In this document: one piece after another, positions 27,345-37,031 of the stretch
Numbering within the stretch: position 1 is the stretch's first letter
Layout of the letters: each line of letters starts with the position of its first letter
DNA from: Bacteroidia bacterium
GTDB lineage: Bacteria > Bacteroidota > Bacteroidia > M30B66
Direction: 5' to 3'
Assembly: GCA_965279035.1 (NCBI GenBank)
Contig: OZ257142.1
Span: forward strand, 576,001-640,000
Length of the DNA stretch: 64,000 nt
Position numbers and translations under genes: made by a program
Notes under the pieces: generated by a model
Told to the model about the DNA's origin: nothing
The model's database searches: none
Seen by the model: only the letters and a program-made list of their open reading frames with translations

Positions 27345-29093
27345 ATGCTTAGAACACATACTTGCGGGCAACTCCGCGCTTCTGAAATCGGAAACTCTGT
27401 TGAACTTTGTGGATGGGTTGCCAAATCGAGAGATCTTGGTGGAATGACGTTCATCGATTTACGCGATCGTTTTGGGATTACCCAGCTTGTTTTTAACATG
27501 GACGACAATCCCGTGCTTTGTGAAAGAGCTCGTAAACTTGGTCGGGAATATGTTTTACGTGTTAAAGGAGAAGTAAGAGAACGCTCAAGCAAAAACGCAC
27601 AATTATCAACAGGAGACATAGAAATTCGAGCAGTTGAATTTGAAATATTAAATTCTTCTAAAACTCCACCTTTCACGATTGAAGATGATACCGATGGTGG
27701 TGATGATCTCCGAATGAAATACCGCTACCTTGATTTGAGAAGAAATGCGGTTCGGAAAAACCTTGAACTTCGCCACAATCTTGCGAAAGCAATACGCTCG
27801 TATCTCGACAATGCTGGCTTTCTTGAAGTAGAAACACCTGTTTTGATAAAATCAACACCCGAAGGAGCACGCGATTTTATTGTGCCTTCTCGTATGAATC
27901 CGGGTGAATTTTATGCATTGCCACAAAGTCCTCAAACATTTAAGCAAATCCTTATGGTTGCTGGATTTGATCGATACTACCAAATTGTAAAATGCTTTCG
28001 TGATGAAGATTTACGTGCCGATCGTCAACCCGAATTTACTCAGATAGATTGCGAACTTTCTTTTATCGAACATGAAGACATTCTCACCATTTTCGAAGGA
28101 CTTGTTCGTGAACTTTTTATATCTGTAAAAAATATCACGTTCGAAGATTTTCCTCGCATTACTTATGCCGAAGCCATGGAGCAATATGGTAACGACAAAC
28201 CCGATATTCGTTTCGATATGAAGATTTGTGATTTTACTTCACAAACACGCAATTCGGGATTTGTTGTTTTTGATCAAGCAGAATATGTTGCAGGTATTGC
28301 GGCAACAGGTTGTGCAGAATATACTCGCAAGCAAGTAGATGAATTAACAGATTGGGTAAAACGCCCTCAAATTGGTGCCGGTGGTTTAATCTATATTCGA
28401 ATGAATGCTGATGGAAGCGTAAAATCTTCGGTCGATAAATTCTTTGATGAAGCTCAACTTCGTTCATTTTGCGAACAAGTAAATGCCCAAAAAGGAGATT
28501 TGGTTCTCATTCTGGCAGGAGCTAAAACACGGATGCAAAAGGCATTAAGTGAATTACGTCTTGAAATGGGAAATCGTCTAGGATATCGCCCTAAGGACAT
28601 CTTTGCTCCACTTTGGGTTCTTGATTTTCCTTTGCTTGAATGGGATGAGGACAATCAACGGTATCATGCCATGCATCACCCGTTTACTTCACCTAAGCCA
28701 GAAGACGTTCCTCTTTTAGAAAAAGAACCAGGCAAGGTGCGTGCTAATGCTTACGATTTGGTCATTAATGGTGTAGAAGTAGGAGGAGGCTCTATTCGTA
28801 TTTTCGATAAAGGCCTGCAAAAAAACATGTTTACCTTGTTAGGCTTTAGTGATGAAGATGCTCAGTCGCAATTTGGATTTTTGATGAATGCTTTTGAGTA
28901 TGGTGCACCTCCGCATGGTGGAATTGCCTTGGGTTTCGACCGACTTTGTTCTATTTTCGGAGGAGTAGATTCTATTCGAGATTTTATTGCCTTCCCGAAA
29001 AATAATTCAGGACGCGATATGATGATCGATTCACCTTCGCCAGTAAGCGATGAACAATTGAAAGAACTTCAAATCTCAGTTCAAAAAAAATAA
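27345..29093 (+). CDS. aspS: Aspartate--tRNA ligase
   Basis: [49 protein letters not shown]. Confidence 0.98.
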   Translation: MLRTHTCGQLRASEIGNSVELCGWVAKSRDLGGMTFIDLRDRFGITQLVFNMDDNPVLCERARKLGREYVLRVKGEVRERSSKNAQLSTGDIEIRAVEFEILNSSKTPPFTIEDDTDGGDDLRMKYRYLDLRRNAVRKNLELRHNLAKAIRSYLDNAGFLEVETPVLIKSTPEGARDFIVPSRMNPGEFYALPQSPQTFKQILMVAGFDRYYQIVKCFRDEDLRADRQPEFTQIDCELSFIEHEDILTIFEGLVRELFISVKNITFEDFPRITYAEAMEQYGNDKPDIRFDMKICDFTSQTRNSGFVVFDQAEYVAGIAATGCAEYTRKQVDELTDWVKRPQIGAGGLIYIRMNADGSVKSSVDKFFDEAQLRSFCEQVNAQKGDLVLILAGAKTRMQKALSELRLEMGNRLGYRPKDIFAPLWVLDFPLLEWDEDNQRYHAMHHPFTSPKPEDVPLLEKEPGKVRANAYDLVINGVEVGGGSIRIFDKGLQKNMFTLLGFSDEDAQSQFGFLMNAFEYGAPPHGGIALGFDRLCSIFGGVDSIRDFIAFPKNNSGRDMMIDSPSPVSDEQLKELQISVQKK

Positions 29094-29095
29094 GG

Positions 29096-29665
29096 ATGAA
29101 AAAATGCATTCTATTTCTGCTCATCCCCTTTTTGCTCGTCTCTTTTACAGCAAAAGCACAAAGACATGCCGAGTCTTTTGAAAAGGGAATTGTGTTAATT
29201 GATCTTAGTTCAAGTATTGGGGTTTATAAAAACCACGACTTTGTTACACAACGAATTCCACTTTTTCTCGGAGTAGATTATGGTGTTCACAATGATATTG
29301 GCTTGGGCATTTTTGGAGGATGGAATCAACGCTCGTTTAAAACAGCAAAGTCTCCAGCTTACGATGTGAATTATTATTTCTATGGCGGTCGCTTAAGTAT
29401 GCACCTTGCTCCCTATTTACGCCATCACACGATGTTGAAATTCAATCCCAAAATGGTGGATATTTATGCAACACTTTGGGCTGGTCGACAAGTAGCAAAA
29501 CAGGTTTCTTTCTCTGGAAATAGTTTTATTGATTCCGGCGGAGTATCCATAATTGGAGGATATATTGGCGCTCGAATTTATACGATGTCTTGGCTTGGAT
29601 TTATGGTTGAACTTGGAGCCGGACCTTACGGTTTGGTTAATTTCGGACTGTGTTCAAAATTCTAA
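29096..29665 (+). CDS. Small outer-membrane beta-barrel protein
   Basis: Signal peptide, alternating aromatic/Gly strands, C-terminal Phe. Confidence 0.7.
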   Translation: MKKCILFLLIPFLLVSFTAKAQRHAESFEKGIVLIDLSSSIGVYKNHDFVTQRIPLFLGVDYGVHNDIGLGIFGGWNQRSFKTAKSPAYDVNYYFYGGRLSMHLAPYLRHHTMLKFNPKMVDIYATLWAGRQVAKQVSFSGNSFIDSGGVSIIGGYIGARIYTMSWLGFMVELGAGPYGLVNFGLCSKF

Positions 29666-29675
29666 TTGAACTCCT

Positions 29676-30110
29676 TCAAAGTTCCTTTTGATAAATCGCT
29701 TTACGTCCAGCAAACATCACGTACATCACTGGATAAGAAAGGAATGTCAAAACCCAATTATGTGCTTTAAACTGAATATCATCAATTATTACAACATCCT
29801 TTTCTTGTTGGACAATGCGATGTGTATGTTCCCAATAGCTTAAGAAAAAAGGAAGTACAATCCCTTTATCTACAAAACAGCATTCTTTTTCTGTTTGAAA
29901 ACTAGAAGTAATTCGGCTTTTCCAGGTTAACCAACTGAAAAAAAATCGCAAACGTATTTCAACAAGATCGTTTGTATTACAACCATCAAATTGCACTAAT
30001 TCGAAACGAGGAAATGGTGGTGCAAGTTTTAAGAATAATTCCTTGTCGAATTTTTTGAAAACGGAATTACAATTTCTGTTTTTAATTTGGGTTTGAAGGA
30101 GAATTCGCAT
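29676..30110 (-). CDS. SRPBCC-like ligand-binding protein
   Basis: LAPPFP, W.SRIT, FVDKG..LPFFL..WEHTH, IIDDI; last gene of the crtB/ispH unit. Confidence 0.7.
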   Translation of the reverse strand: MRILLQTQIKNRNCNSVFKKFDKELFLKLAPPFPRFELVQFDGCNTNDLVEIRLRFFFSWLTWKSRITSSFQTEKECCFVDKGIVLPFFLSYWEHTHRIVQQEKDVVIIDDIQFKAHNWVLTFLSYPVMYVMFAGRKAIYQKEL

Positions 30111-30112
30111 TC

Positions 30113-30964
30113 TCAAAGAATCTCGAGTGCCGTTTTAACATCTTGCATCAACCACATGGGTGTTGAAGTAGCACCACAAATTCCAACAGTATTGTCTTTT
30201 TCAAACCATGTTGGGTCTAGCTCATCTACACGACTAATGAAATACGTTTCAGGATTTTGGTCTTTACAAACGTTGAATAATACCTTTCCATTTGATGATT
30301 TTGTACCACTTACAAAGAGTATTTTATCATACGATTTTGCAAATGTCCTGAGCTCTGAATCGCGGTCACTTACTTGACTACAAATGGTGTCGTGAGCATT
30401 TACTTTAATACCTTTCGATTCAAGTTGCTCTCGCGTTTCTTTGAATTTTTGTTTGCTCTTGGTCGTTTGTGTATAGAGTGTTATTTCTTTAGGAAGTTCT
30501 TTTCCATCCAGTTCTGAAATATCTGAAAATACAACACCTTCATTATTTATTTGGCCCATCAGACCGGTAACTTCCGCATGACCTTTTTTCCCCATTAAGA
30601 AGATGGTTTCTTTTTTATCAAATGATCCGCGAATGCGATTCTGGAGTTTTAGAACTACAGGGCAAGTTGCATCAATCAGAGTGATATTATTTTCTATTGC
30701 TGTTTGATAAGTAGATGGTGGTTCTCCATGAGCACGTATTAATACACTTTCGTTTTTTAATTCTCTAAATGCATCATAATCAATGATCCGAAGACCTTTC
30801 GCTTTCAATCGTTTAACCTCTTCATCGTTATGAACTATGTCGCCAAGGCAATACAAATAGCCTTGTTCTTCCAATACATCTTGGGCCATTTCAATCGCGT
30901 AAACAACTCCAAAGCAGAAGCCTGAATTAGAATCTATACTGACTTTCAAATGAAGCGCGGACAT
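30113..30964 (-). CDS. ispH: 4-hydroxy-3-methylbut-2-enyl diphosphate reductase
   Basis: SGFCFGV, IVHN, RAHG, DATCP, QTT, DTIC, SSN; ATG 30964 preferred. Confidence 0.95.
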   Translation of the reverse strand: MSALHLKVSIDSNSGFCFGVVYAIEMAQDVLEEQGYLYCLGDIVHNDEEVKRLKAKGLRIIDYDAFRELKNESVLIRAHGEPPSTYQTAIENNITLIDATCPVVLKLQNRIRGSFDKKETIFLMGKKGHAEVTGLMGQINNEGVVFSDISELDGKELPKEITLYTQTTKSKQKFKETREQLESKGIKVNAHDTICSQVSDRDSELRTFAKSYDKILFVSGTKSSNGKVLFNVCKDQNPETYFISRVDELDPTWFEKDNTVGICGATSTPMWLMQDVKTALEIL

Positions 30965-31006
30965 GCTATAATTGATTTCTGATTGAATAAGCAATGAAAC
31001 CTTTGG

Positions 31007-31858
31007 TCAAAGTAAATTGAGAGAATGACGTATGTAAGAACTCAGAATGAGCGAATATTTTCGTGCATTTGGAATTCGAATTCGTTCTTCAAGTACGCGA
31101 TTGGGAGAGGAATTGATGATTTTTTTATACAAGGCGAAATAGTAAACGTATGCTACATAAACACCAAAGCGAGCTCCTTTGGGGAGTCCTTTAATTCCAT
31201 TATATCCATCGGAAAAATCTTTGAGAATGTCTTCTTCGATAGCACGTTTATTCTCTTCAGTAAATTCGCTCATGTTTAAATGAGGGAAATACACTCTTCC
31301 GAGAGTATGATAGTCATTGTGTAGGTCACGTAGAAAATTGATTTTTTGAAAAGCAGAACCAAGCCTCATAGCTGGGTTTTTGAGTCTTTCGTACATCGAT
31401 TGACTTCCTTCGCAAAAAACGCGTAAACACATTAAGCCAACTACTTCTGCCGAACCTAAAATGTATTTTTCGTATGCAGCCTGATCGTATTGTACTTTTT
31501 CAAGATCCATTTCCATGCTTTTTAGAAATGTATCAATCAGTTCATCTTCGATCCCATAGTGATTAACCGTTTGCTGAAAACTATGCAGTATAGGATTCAA
31601 ACTAATTCCCCTACGTATAGCGAGAAATGTATCTCTTCTAAATTCTTCAATTAAAAGGGAAGCATCAGAACGATTGAAACTATCTACAATTTCATCAGCA
31701 AATCGAACAAATGCGTAGAGTGTATAAACAGGATCTTGGAACCGTTTTGAAAGTGACTTTATTCCAAGTGTGAAAGAAGTACTATACCGATGTGTTGTAA
31801 ATCGACTGCAGCGAAGACTTACAAAATTGTAATCGATCATAGGTCCGTTGTTTTTCAA
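31007..31858 (-). CDS. crtB: Phytoene synthase
   Basis: YSTSF, YAFVRFADEIVD, SAEVVGLMC, FQKINFLRD, GRVYFP; alternative ATG at 31840. Confidence 0.92.
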   Translation of the reverse strand: MKNNGPMIDYNFVSLRCSRFTTHRYSTSFTLGIKSLSKRFQDPVYTLYAFVRFADEIVDSFNRSDASLLIEEFRRDTFLAIRRGISLNPILHSFQQTVNHYGIEDELIDTFLKSMEMDLEKVQYDQAAYEKYILGSAEVVGLMCLRVFCEGSQSMYERLKNPAMRLGSAFQKINFLRDLHNDYHTLGRVYFPHLNMSEFTEENKRAIEEDILKDFSDGYNGIKGLPKGARFGVYVAYVYYFALYKKIINSSPNRVLEERIRIPNARKYSLILSSYIRHSLNLL

Positions 31859-31883
31859 TCGAATTTAAGAGTCGTTGCCCTAC

Positions 31884-32390
31884 TTATTTATTATATCCTT
31901 TTAACATCGACATTAATTGACGACGCGCTAAGAAAATTCTGCTTTTTACAGTACCAATAGGTAGATCTAAATAATCAGCTATTTCCTTGTATTTATAGCC
32001 ATCGAAATACATATTAAATGGAACCCGATATTCATCTTGTAGCATTTCAATTTTCTTCAAAATTTCACGTTCAGAGTACTTTGACTCTGGGGCGAAACTT
32101 TGCGTTTGTTGAGGAATATTGAGGAAATACAAATCTTTTGTTGAATCAACAATTGTATTCGTTTTAACTGCTCTACGATAATTATTAATAAAGATGTTTT
32201 TCATGATGGTATACAACCATGCTTTCAAATTTGTTTTTTCAACAAATCGATGGCGGTTGCTGATTGCCTTCAGCAGCGTTTCTTGAAGAAGGTCTTTTGC
32301 TTCTTCATCATTGGAGGTAAGGTTTAATGCAAAGTATTTTAAGGGCTTGCTTAAACTCAAAACTTCGGAGTTGAATTCAAATGCTGACAT
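31884..32390 (-). CDS. ECF-type RNA polymerase sigma factor
   Basis: DLLQETLLKA, AWLYTIMKN, GYKYKEIA..L.LPIGTVKSRIFLAR. Confidence 0.93.
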   Translation of the reverse strand: MSAFEFNSEVLSLSKPLKYFALNLTSNDEEAKDLLQETLLKAISNRHRFVEKTNLKAWLYTIMKNIFINNYRRAVKTNTIVDSTKDLYFLNIPQQTQSFAPESKYSEREILKKIEMLQDEYRVPFNMYFDGYKYKEIADYLDLPIGTVKSRIFLARRQLMSMLKGYNK

Positions 32391-32397
32391 CTCGTTT

Positions 32398-32455
32398 TGT
32401 TTAATCTTTGAACAAATGTATTAAACATTATGGGATAATCAACATTCTGTTTAAG
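32398..32455 (-). promoter_or_regulatory. Sigma-factor gene promoter (-7 TACATTTG) overlapped by a TGTTTAAT-N14-ATTAAACA palindrome; candidate CarH/LitR operator
   Basis: 8-bp inverted repeat at 32398-32405 and 32420-32427; further TGTTTAA at 32448 and at 33635 upstream of the regulator. Confidence 0.45.
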
Positions 32456-32572
32456 AATTAACTTAAAATACATGTACCAACATATATGAAATTCAAGATT
32501 AACCATGTAAATAGCTTAACATCAATAAAATAGATTCAACTGAAAAAATGTTAAATTTCATTTTAGGCCATT

Positions 32573-32611
32573 AAAAAATGCTATTGAAGGCAAAAGTTCT
32601 TCAATAGCATT
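32573..32611 (-). terminator. Rho-independent terminator after the MerR-family gene
   Basis: AATGCTATTGAAG / CTTCAATAGCATT stem with T-run on the minus strand. Confidence 0.8.
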
Positions 32612-32655
32612 CGAAAAATTGTTGATTCTATGATTAGATTATTTAAACAGAGAGT

Positions 32656-33561
32656 TTATTTCTTTTGCTCTGCAATTTCAATTAAGTCGAAAACAGATTT
32701 GATATTTGTTACATTTTTCCAATGGAACTTAATTTCGCAGGTTTGTGCGCCAGCAACTAGAAGCTTAGTGCTTCCAATTAAACCAGAGATTTTATCGATA
32801 TATGCTACGATAGAATCTGGTGAATAAGCAGCCGTAAAAAATGTCAAAATGTACTTTGGATGGTATTTGTTGCAATAGCTTAAAACATCTTCAAGCGGAA
32901 CAGTTTGTCCTAAATAAATTACTCGTTTTCCTCTTACTTTTAATATGTATTTTGAAAACAAGAGCCCGATTTCGTGTAATTCTCCATCGGGAAGATACAA
33001 GAGCCAATCATCAGCATCTGGAGCAGCCACACCCGAATAACCATCCACTGCTACAAGGATTTTTTTGCGAATCATGTTGGTCATGAAATGCTCTTGAAAA
33101 ACACTTGCTTCTCCAGTTCTCCACATGATTCCCACTTTTTGTAAAAATGGAATGAGAATGTTGAGCATCGTTTGTTCAAACCCATATTTTAGGGAACTTG
33201 TACTTATTACTTTTTCAAAACGAGCCTCATCCAATTCAATCATAGCAATGACTAAACTATCGGTCTGCGCTTCAAAAAAATGATCAATCGAAACAGGATG
33301 TTGAACCATATCCTGAATTCGTTTGCAAATTTCATCCTGATTGAGTTTAACCAAATGAGATATTTTTCCTCCATGACGAATCAATAAGGAAATGTTCAAT
33401 AGAATTTTTAACTCTTGATCGTTGTATAAGCGAATGTTTGTATCGGTTCTGTCGGGATTTAGCAAATTGTAGCGTTGCTCCCATATGCGAATCGTATGTG
33501 CTTTTATTCCGGAAAGACGCTCCAGATCTTTTATTGTATATTTTGAAGTCATTGAATGCAT
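32656..33561 (-). CDS. MerR-family cobalamin-binding photoregulator (CarH/LitR-like)
   Basis: YTIKDLERLSGIKAHTIRIWEQRY HTH; W-x9-EH (WRTGEASVFQEH); ELHEIG B12 motif; YLG; alternative start 33552. Confidence 0.9.
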   Translation of the reverse strand: MHSMTSKYTIKDLERLSGIKAHTIRIWEQRYNLLNPDRTDTNIRLYNDQELKILLNISLLIRHGGKISHLVKLNQDEICKRIQDMVQHPVSIDHFFEAQTDSLVIAMIELDEARFEKVISTSSLKYGFEQTMLNILIPFLQKVGIMWRTGEASVFQEHFMTNMIRKKILVAVDGYSGVAAPDADDWLLYLPDGELHEIGLLFSKYILKVRGKRVIYLGQTVPLEDVLSYCNKYHPKYILTFFTAAYSPDSIVAYIDKISGLIGSTKLLVAGAQTCEIKFHWKNVTNIKSVFDLIEIAEQKK

Positions 33562-33721
33562 TTCCGATTATTCGCTATAGCACATCACTGAGCGTAATTA
33601 AAATTCTTTGATTCAAACAGATGTACTTTTAAAATGTTTAATCCCATTTAAAAGGAGTTTAAACTAAGCAAAACAAACCTATTTGAATTAGTAAGAGTTT
33701 GAAATGATAAGAATCAGTTTT

Positions 33722-34318
33722 TTATTTTGAATTCGATTGGGAATACAATTTAGCAATGTATTTACCCAATATGTCAAATTCAAGATTCACTTGATTCCCA
33801 ACAATCAGGTTTTTGAGATTAGTATTCTCCCATGTATAAGGAATAATAGCTACTTCAAAGGAATTATTTTCAGAATTAATAACCGTTAAACTAACTCCAT
33901 TCACACAGATTGATCCTTTCTCAACGGTGATAAATCCATTTTTAGCTTCATAAAAAAACTTCAACCGCCAACTACCATTTTCATCCCTTATCTCATCCAA
34001 ACTAGCAGTTGTATCAACATGGCCTTGAACTAAATGGCCATCGAGTCGTCCATTCCATTGTAAACAACGTTCAAGATTAACTTCATCGCCCGTTTTTAAA
34101 TTCGAAAGATTGGTTTTGCTGAGTGTTTCTTTTACTGCTGTGACGAAGTAAAAATCCCCTTCAACTTTAGTTACGGTCAAGCAAACTCCATTATGTGACA
34201 AACTTTGATCAACCTTCAATTCATTCGTAAAAGGACAGGATAATTTAAACGTAGTGTTTTCGGCTTCAACTATACGATCATGCACTTTACCTAAGCCTTC
34301 TATAATTCCAGTAAACAT
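33722..34318 (-). CDS. ribE: Riboflavin synthase (alpha chain; ribE or ribC depending on nomenclature)
   Basis: MFTGIIE N-terminus, NGVCLTV, VNLER, GHLVQGHVD, KGSICVNGVSLT. Confidence 0.95.
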   Translation of the reverse strand: MFTGIIEGLGKVHDRIVEAENTTFKLSCPFTNELKVDQSLSHNGVCLTVTKVEGDFYFVTAVKETLSKTNLSNLKTGDEVNLERCLQWNGRLDGHLVQGHVDTTASLDEIRDENGSWRLKFFYEAKNGFITVEKGSICVNGVSLTVINSENNSFEVAIIPYTWENTNLKNLIVGNQVNLEFDILGKYIAKLYSQSNSK

Positions 34319-34319
34319 G

Positions 34320-36938
34320 TTAATTTCCATTTTTAGATGACGTTCCAATTACTTGGATTGCTCCTTTTAACGTTGATGTTTGAATTCCATCCAATCGAAT
34401 TTCATTCACTTTGCACACATAAAAATAAACCCCATCAGGAACTTTTAAACCACTCGAAGAATCTGTTCCATTCCAACCTATTTCAGGTTTGTTGCTGCTA
34501 AATAGTTTATTACCCCAACGATTAAAAACGTCAAATTCGACCGACTCGATAAATGCATATGGAAATGGACTAAACACATCGTTTACGCCATCTCCATTTG
34601 GTGAAAAGGTATTGGGTAAATGATAAACCGGACAATTGTCGACACATGTTCGAATGAGAGGACTTTCGTTCATAAACGAATCTACTGCAGCTACTGCATA
34701 ACATCCCGCAATTGAACTCCCAGGAAAATGAATGAAACTCAGTTGCTGTCCTAAAGGAAATTCGTTCAATAAAACCAAAGTACCGGAAGTAGTTTCTGAA
34801 CGATAAATTCGGATTAATACCACATCATTATAACATGTCGAATCGGTCGGAAAATTCCAATGAATTGTATTTTTTAATGAATCACAGTTTGCTTCAACCA
34901 ATGTTTCAGGAGGACAAGGCGCTTGAGTATCTTTTGCACTTGTACAAACTTCTTGAGAAAGATTGAGTATCGGATGAATAAAACCATTGCCACTGTATGC
35001 TCCTACCGATTTCACCCGATAACAATAGGAAACGCCATTTGCTAATCCAAGATCTGAGTAGCTTTTCGTTTTACTATATCCAATGGAGTCAAACTGGATT
35101 GCACTTGGTGTTTTTCGGTACACTATAAACGAATCGTTTTGCCAAGGAACTGAAGTTTGCCAAGTCAAATTCACTTGATTATCGCTTCCGCTTGCCGATA
35201 AATAAATGGATGAAGCGGCTTGACTTTGTCCAACTAAAACCGGATTTCCGGGACTCAAATTCCGAAGCCCAATACGGTAAGTCCATGTTGTTTCAATGGT
35301 ATTCAAAGCAGATGAAATATCGCTGTATGTTGTATCATTTAAGTTATCGAGCGAATCAACCGGAGAAAAAAGATTCCCGTTCATTCCTTGAGCACGCTCT
35401 ACTATGTATCGGAATGGCCCAGGAAATTGAATGGTATCAATTGCTGTAGGTTTTGACCAAGCAATATCTACCTGTGCATTAGAACTTTGAGTTGAAATAA
35501 TACTCACATTCGTTATGACTGGAAGTATTTTGTCGAGTTGTACACAGGTTTCATTCGATGCATAACTCTCGGCACCATCGGCAAATACAGCAATGACCAT
35601 ATAACAATAGGAAGAGCCCGGTAATAATGGTCCCTGATCAGTATAAGTTAAGGTGGATAAACCCGTTACATTACTTAAGAATGTATAACCAGTATACGCT
35701 GGAACACCCGTTTCACAAGGATTTGATGTATATCCATAAAACCCTGATTTACGGTAAATGGCATATCCTATCGCTTGTTCGCAAGGACTTTGTTCCCACG
35801 TTAGTACAACTGATGTGTTTTGACTTACTGCTAGCAAACTTTCTGGAGCCTGAGCAACAACACGAATTTGCATGCTTTCAAAATCTGCCAAATTCGGGTT
35901 TCCATTATCAATCACTTTAAAGCTAAACTGATAAGGTTGTTTGCGCACATGCACACAGGATGTTTCCCAAATAAATTGCTGATTTACACTACCCAATTGG
36001 GTAACAGGAGCAAAAACGGCATTTCCGGGAGCTGGAAATTGAAATGGGCCACCCGTCGCACTTAATGTAATAGATTGTTGAGGGCTATCCGGATCAGATG
36101 CACTAACAGTGAAGTTGAGTATAGTTCCTGCATCAACACATAAATCGGGAAGTGGAACAATGGTCGGAGGTAGATTATTACATGGAACAACGCTAATTTG
36201 CATATCGCGTGTAACTGAACCGATGAGAATACCATGTCGCCATTCTTCTATGACAAACGCTACATTATATTCTCCTATCCCGCTTGGTAATGGGGAATCC
36301 CAAACTAAATCTCCAGTTATTGCATCTAAACTAAAACTGTTACTCGCTATTGGTTGATTGAATCCCGGAATGACTAAACCTCCTTCACCACGACAATCAA
36401 CTAAATGATACGAAATACTATCCCCATCGGGATCGAACGCACCTGGATTGTGAATGAAGATCTGACCTGGGCAAGCTTCGTCGATGGGAGGATTTAATAA
36501 TTGAACTGAATTATTGATTCCCAGAAAGGGATTGATGACTAGTTGGGTAGAAACATAAAAGGGAATGTTTACCGAATTGGGAATATTTACCAATCCACCA
36601 TTGCGATTAGGGTCTTCAAAACTGATTGTATAGATTGAAGGCCCAGGATAAGTATGAACACCAACGTAAATATTTTTCTTGATCGATGGGGCAACCAATT
36701 CACCCATGCCCGATCCGTTAATTCTAGGTATGGTATCTATAGATCCATCGCCCCAACTTATGCCCAAATCAGGTCTGTCGGCAGGGCTATCTGATTTGGT
36801 ATAGGTAATAATCGTGGCTTCATATTGAAAACCACCGAGGTGGCGATACGTAATTTCTCCAGCACGATTGTGCGTAGCATGAAGCAAACTACTTATGAGT
36901 AGTCCGAAAAGCAATAAAATCAGCTGACCGGTGCGCAT
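34320..36938 (-). CDS. Gliding-motility-associated (T9SS type B CTD) protein with FN3-like domains
   Basis: ATHNRAGEITY N-terminus, DPDGDSISY, FN3-like repeats, PNTFSPNGDGVND..FNRWG...GVYFY; ATG 36938 preferred. Confidence 0.88.
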   Translation of the reverse strand: MRTGQLILLLFGLLISSLLHATHNRAGEITYRHLGGFQYEATIITYTKSDSPADRPDLGISWGDGSIDTIPRINGSGMGELVAPSIKKNIYVGVHTYPGPSIYTISFEDPNRNGGLVNIPNSVNIPFYVSTQLVINPFLGINNSVQLLNPPIDEACPGQIFIHNPGAFDPDGDSISYHLVDCRGEGGLVIPGFNQPIASNSFSLDAITGDLVWDSPLPSGIGEYNVAFVIEEWRHGILIGSVTRDMQISVVPCNNLPPTIVPLPDLCVDAGTILNFTVSASDPDSPQQSITLSATGGPFQFPAPGNAVFAPVTQLGSVNQQFIWETSCVHVRKQPYQFSFKVIDNGNPNLADFESMQIRVVAQAPESLLAVSQNTSVVLTWEQSPCEQAIGYAIYRKSGFYGYTSNPCETGVPAYTGYTFLSNVTGLSTLTYTDQGPLLPGSSYCYMVIAVFADGAESYASNETCVQLDKILPVITNVSIISTQSSNAQVDIAWSKPTAIDTIQFPGPFRYIVERAQGMNGNLFSPVDSLDNLNDTTYSDISSALNTIETTWTYRIGLRNLSPGNPVLVGQSQAASSIYLSASGSDNQVNLTWQTSVPWQNDSFIVYRKTPSAIQFDSIGYSKTKSYSDLGLANGVSYCYRVKSVGAYSGNGFIHPILNLSQEVCTSAKDTQAPCPPETLVEANCDSLKNTIHWNFPTDSTCYNDVVLIRIYRSETTSGTLVLLNEFPLGQQLSFIHFPGSSIAGCYAVAAVDSFMNESPLIRTCVDNCPVYHLPNTFSPNGDGVNDVFSPFPYAFIESVEFDVFNRWGNKLFSSNKPEIGWNGTDSSSGLKVPDGVYFYVCKVNEIRLDGIQTSTLKGAIQVIGTSSKNGN

Positions 36939-37031
36939 GGAATTCGGGATTGGAAAGATAAGGATTCCAACGAATGGCGCTTCGAATTGTTGGAAAGCAA
37001 AAACGGGAAGCAAATGCCCCCCGTTTTGTAC

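Noticed and set aside
33562-34320. FMN or cobalamin riboswitch near riboflavin synthase or the B12-binding regulator
   Set aside because: Riboflavin synthase starts 1 nt after the upstream gene, and I saw no riboswitch consensus in 33562-33721
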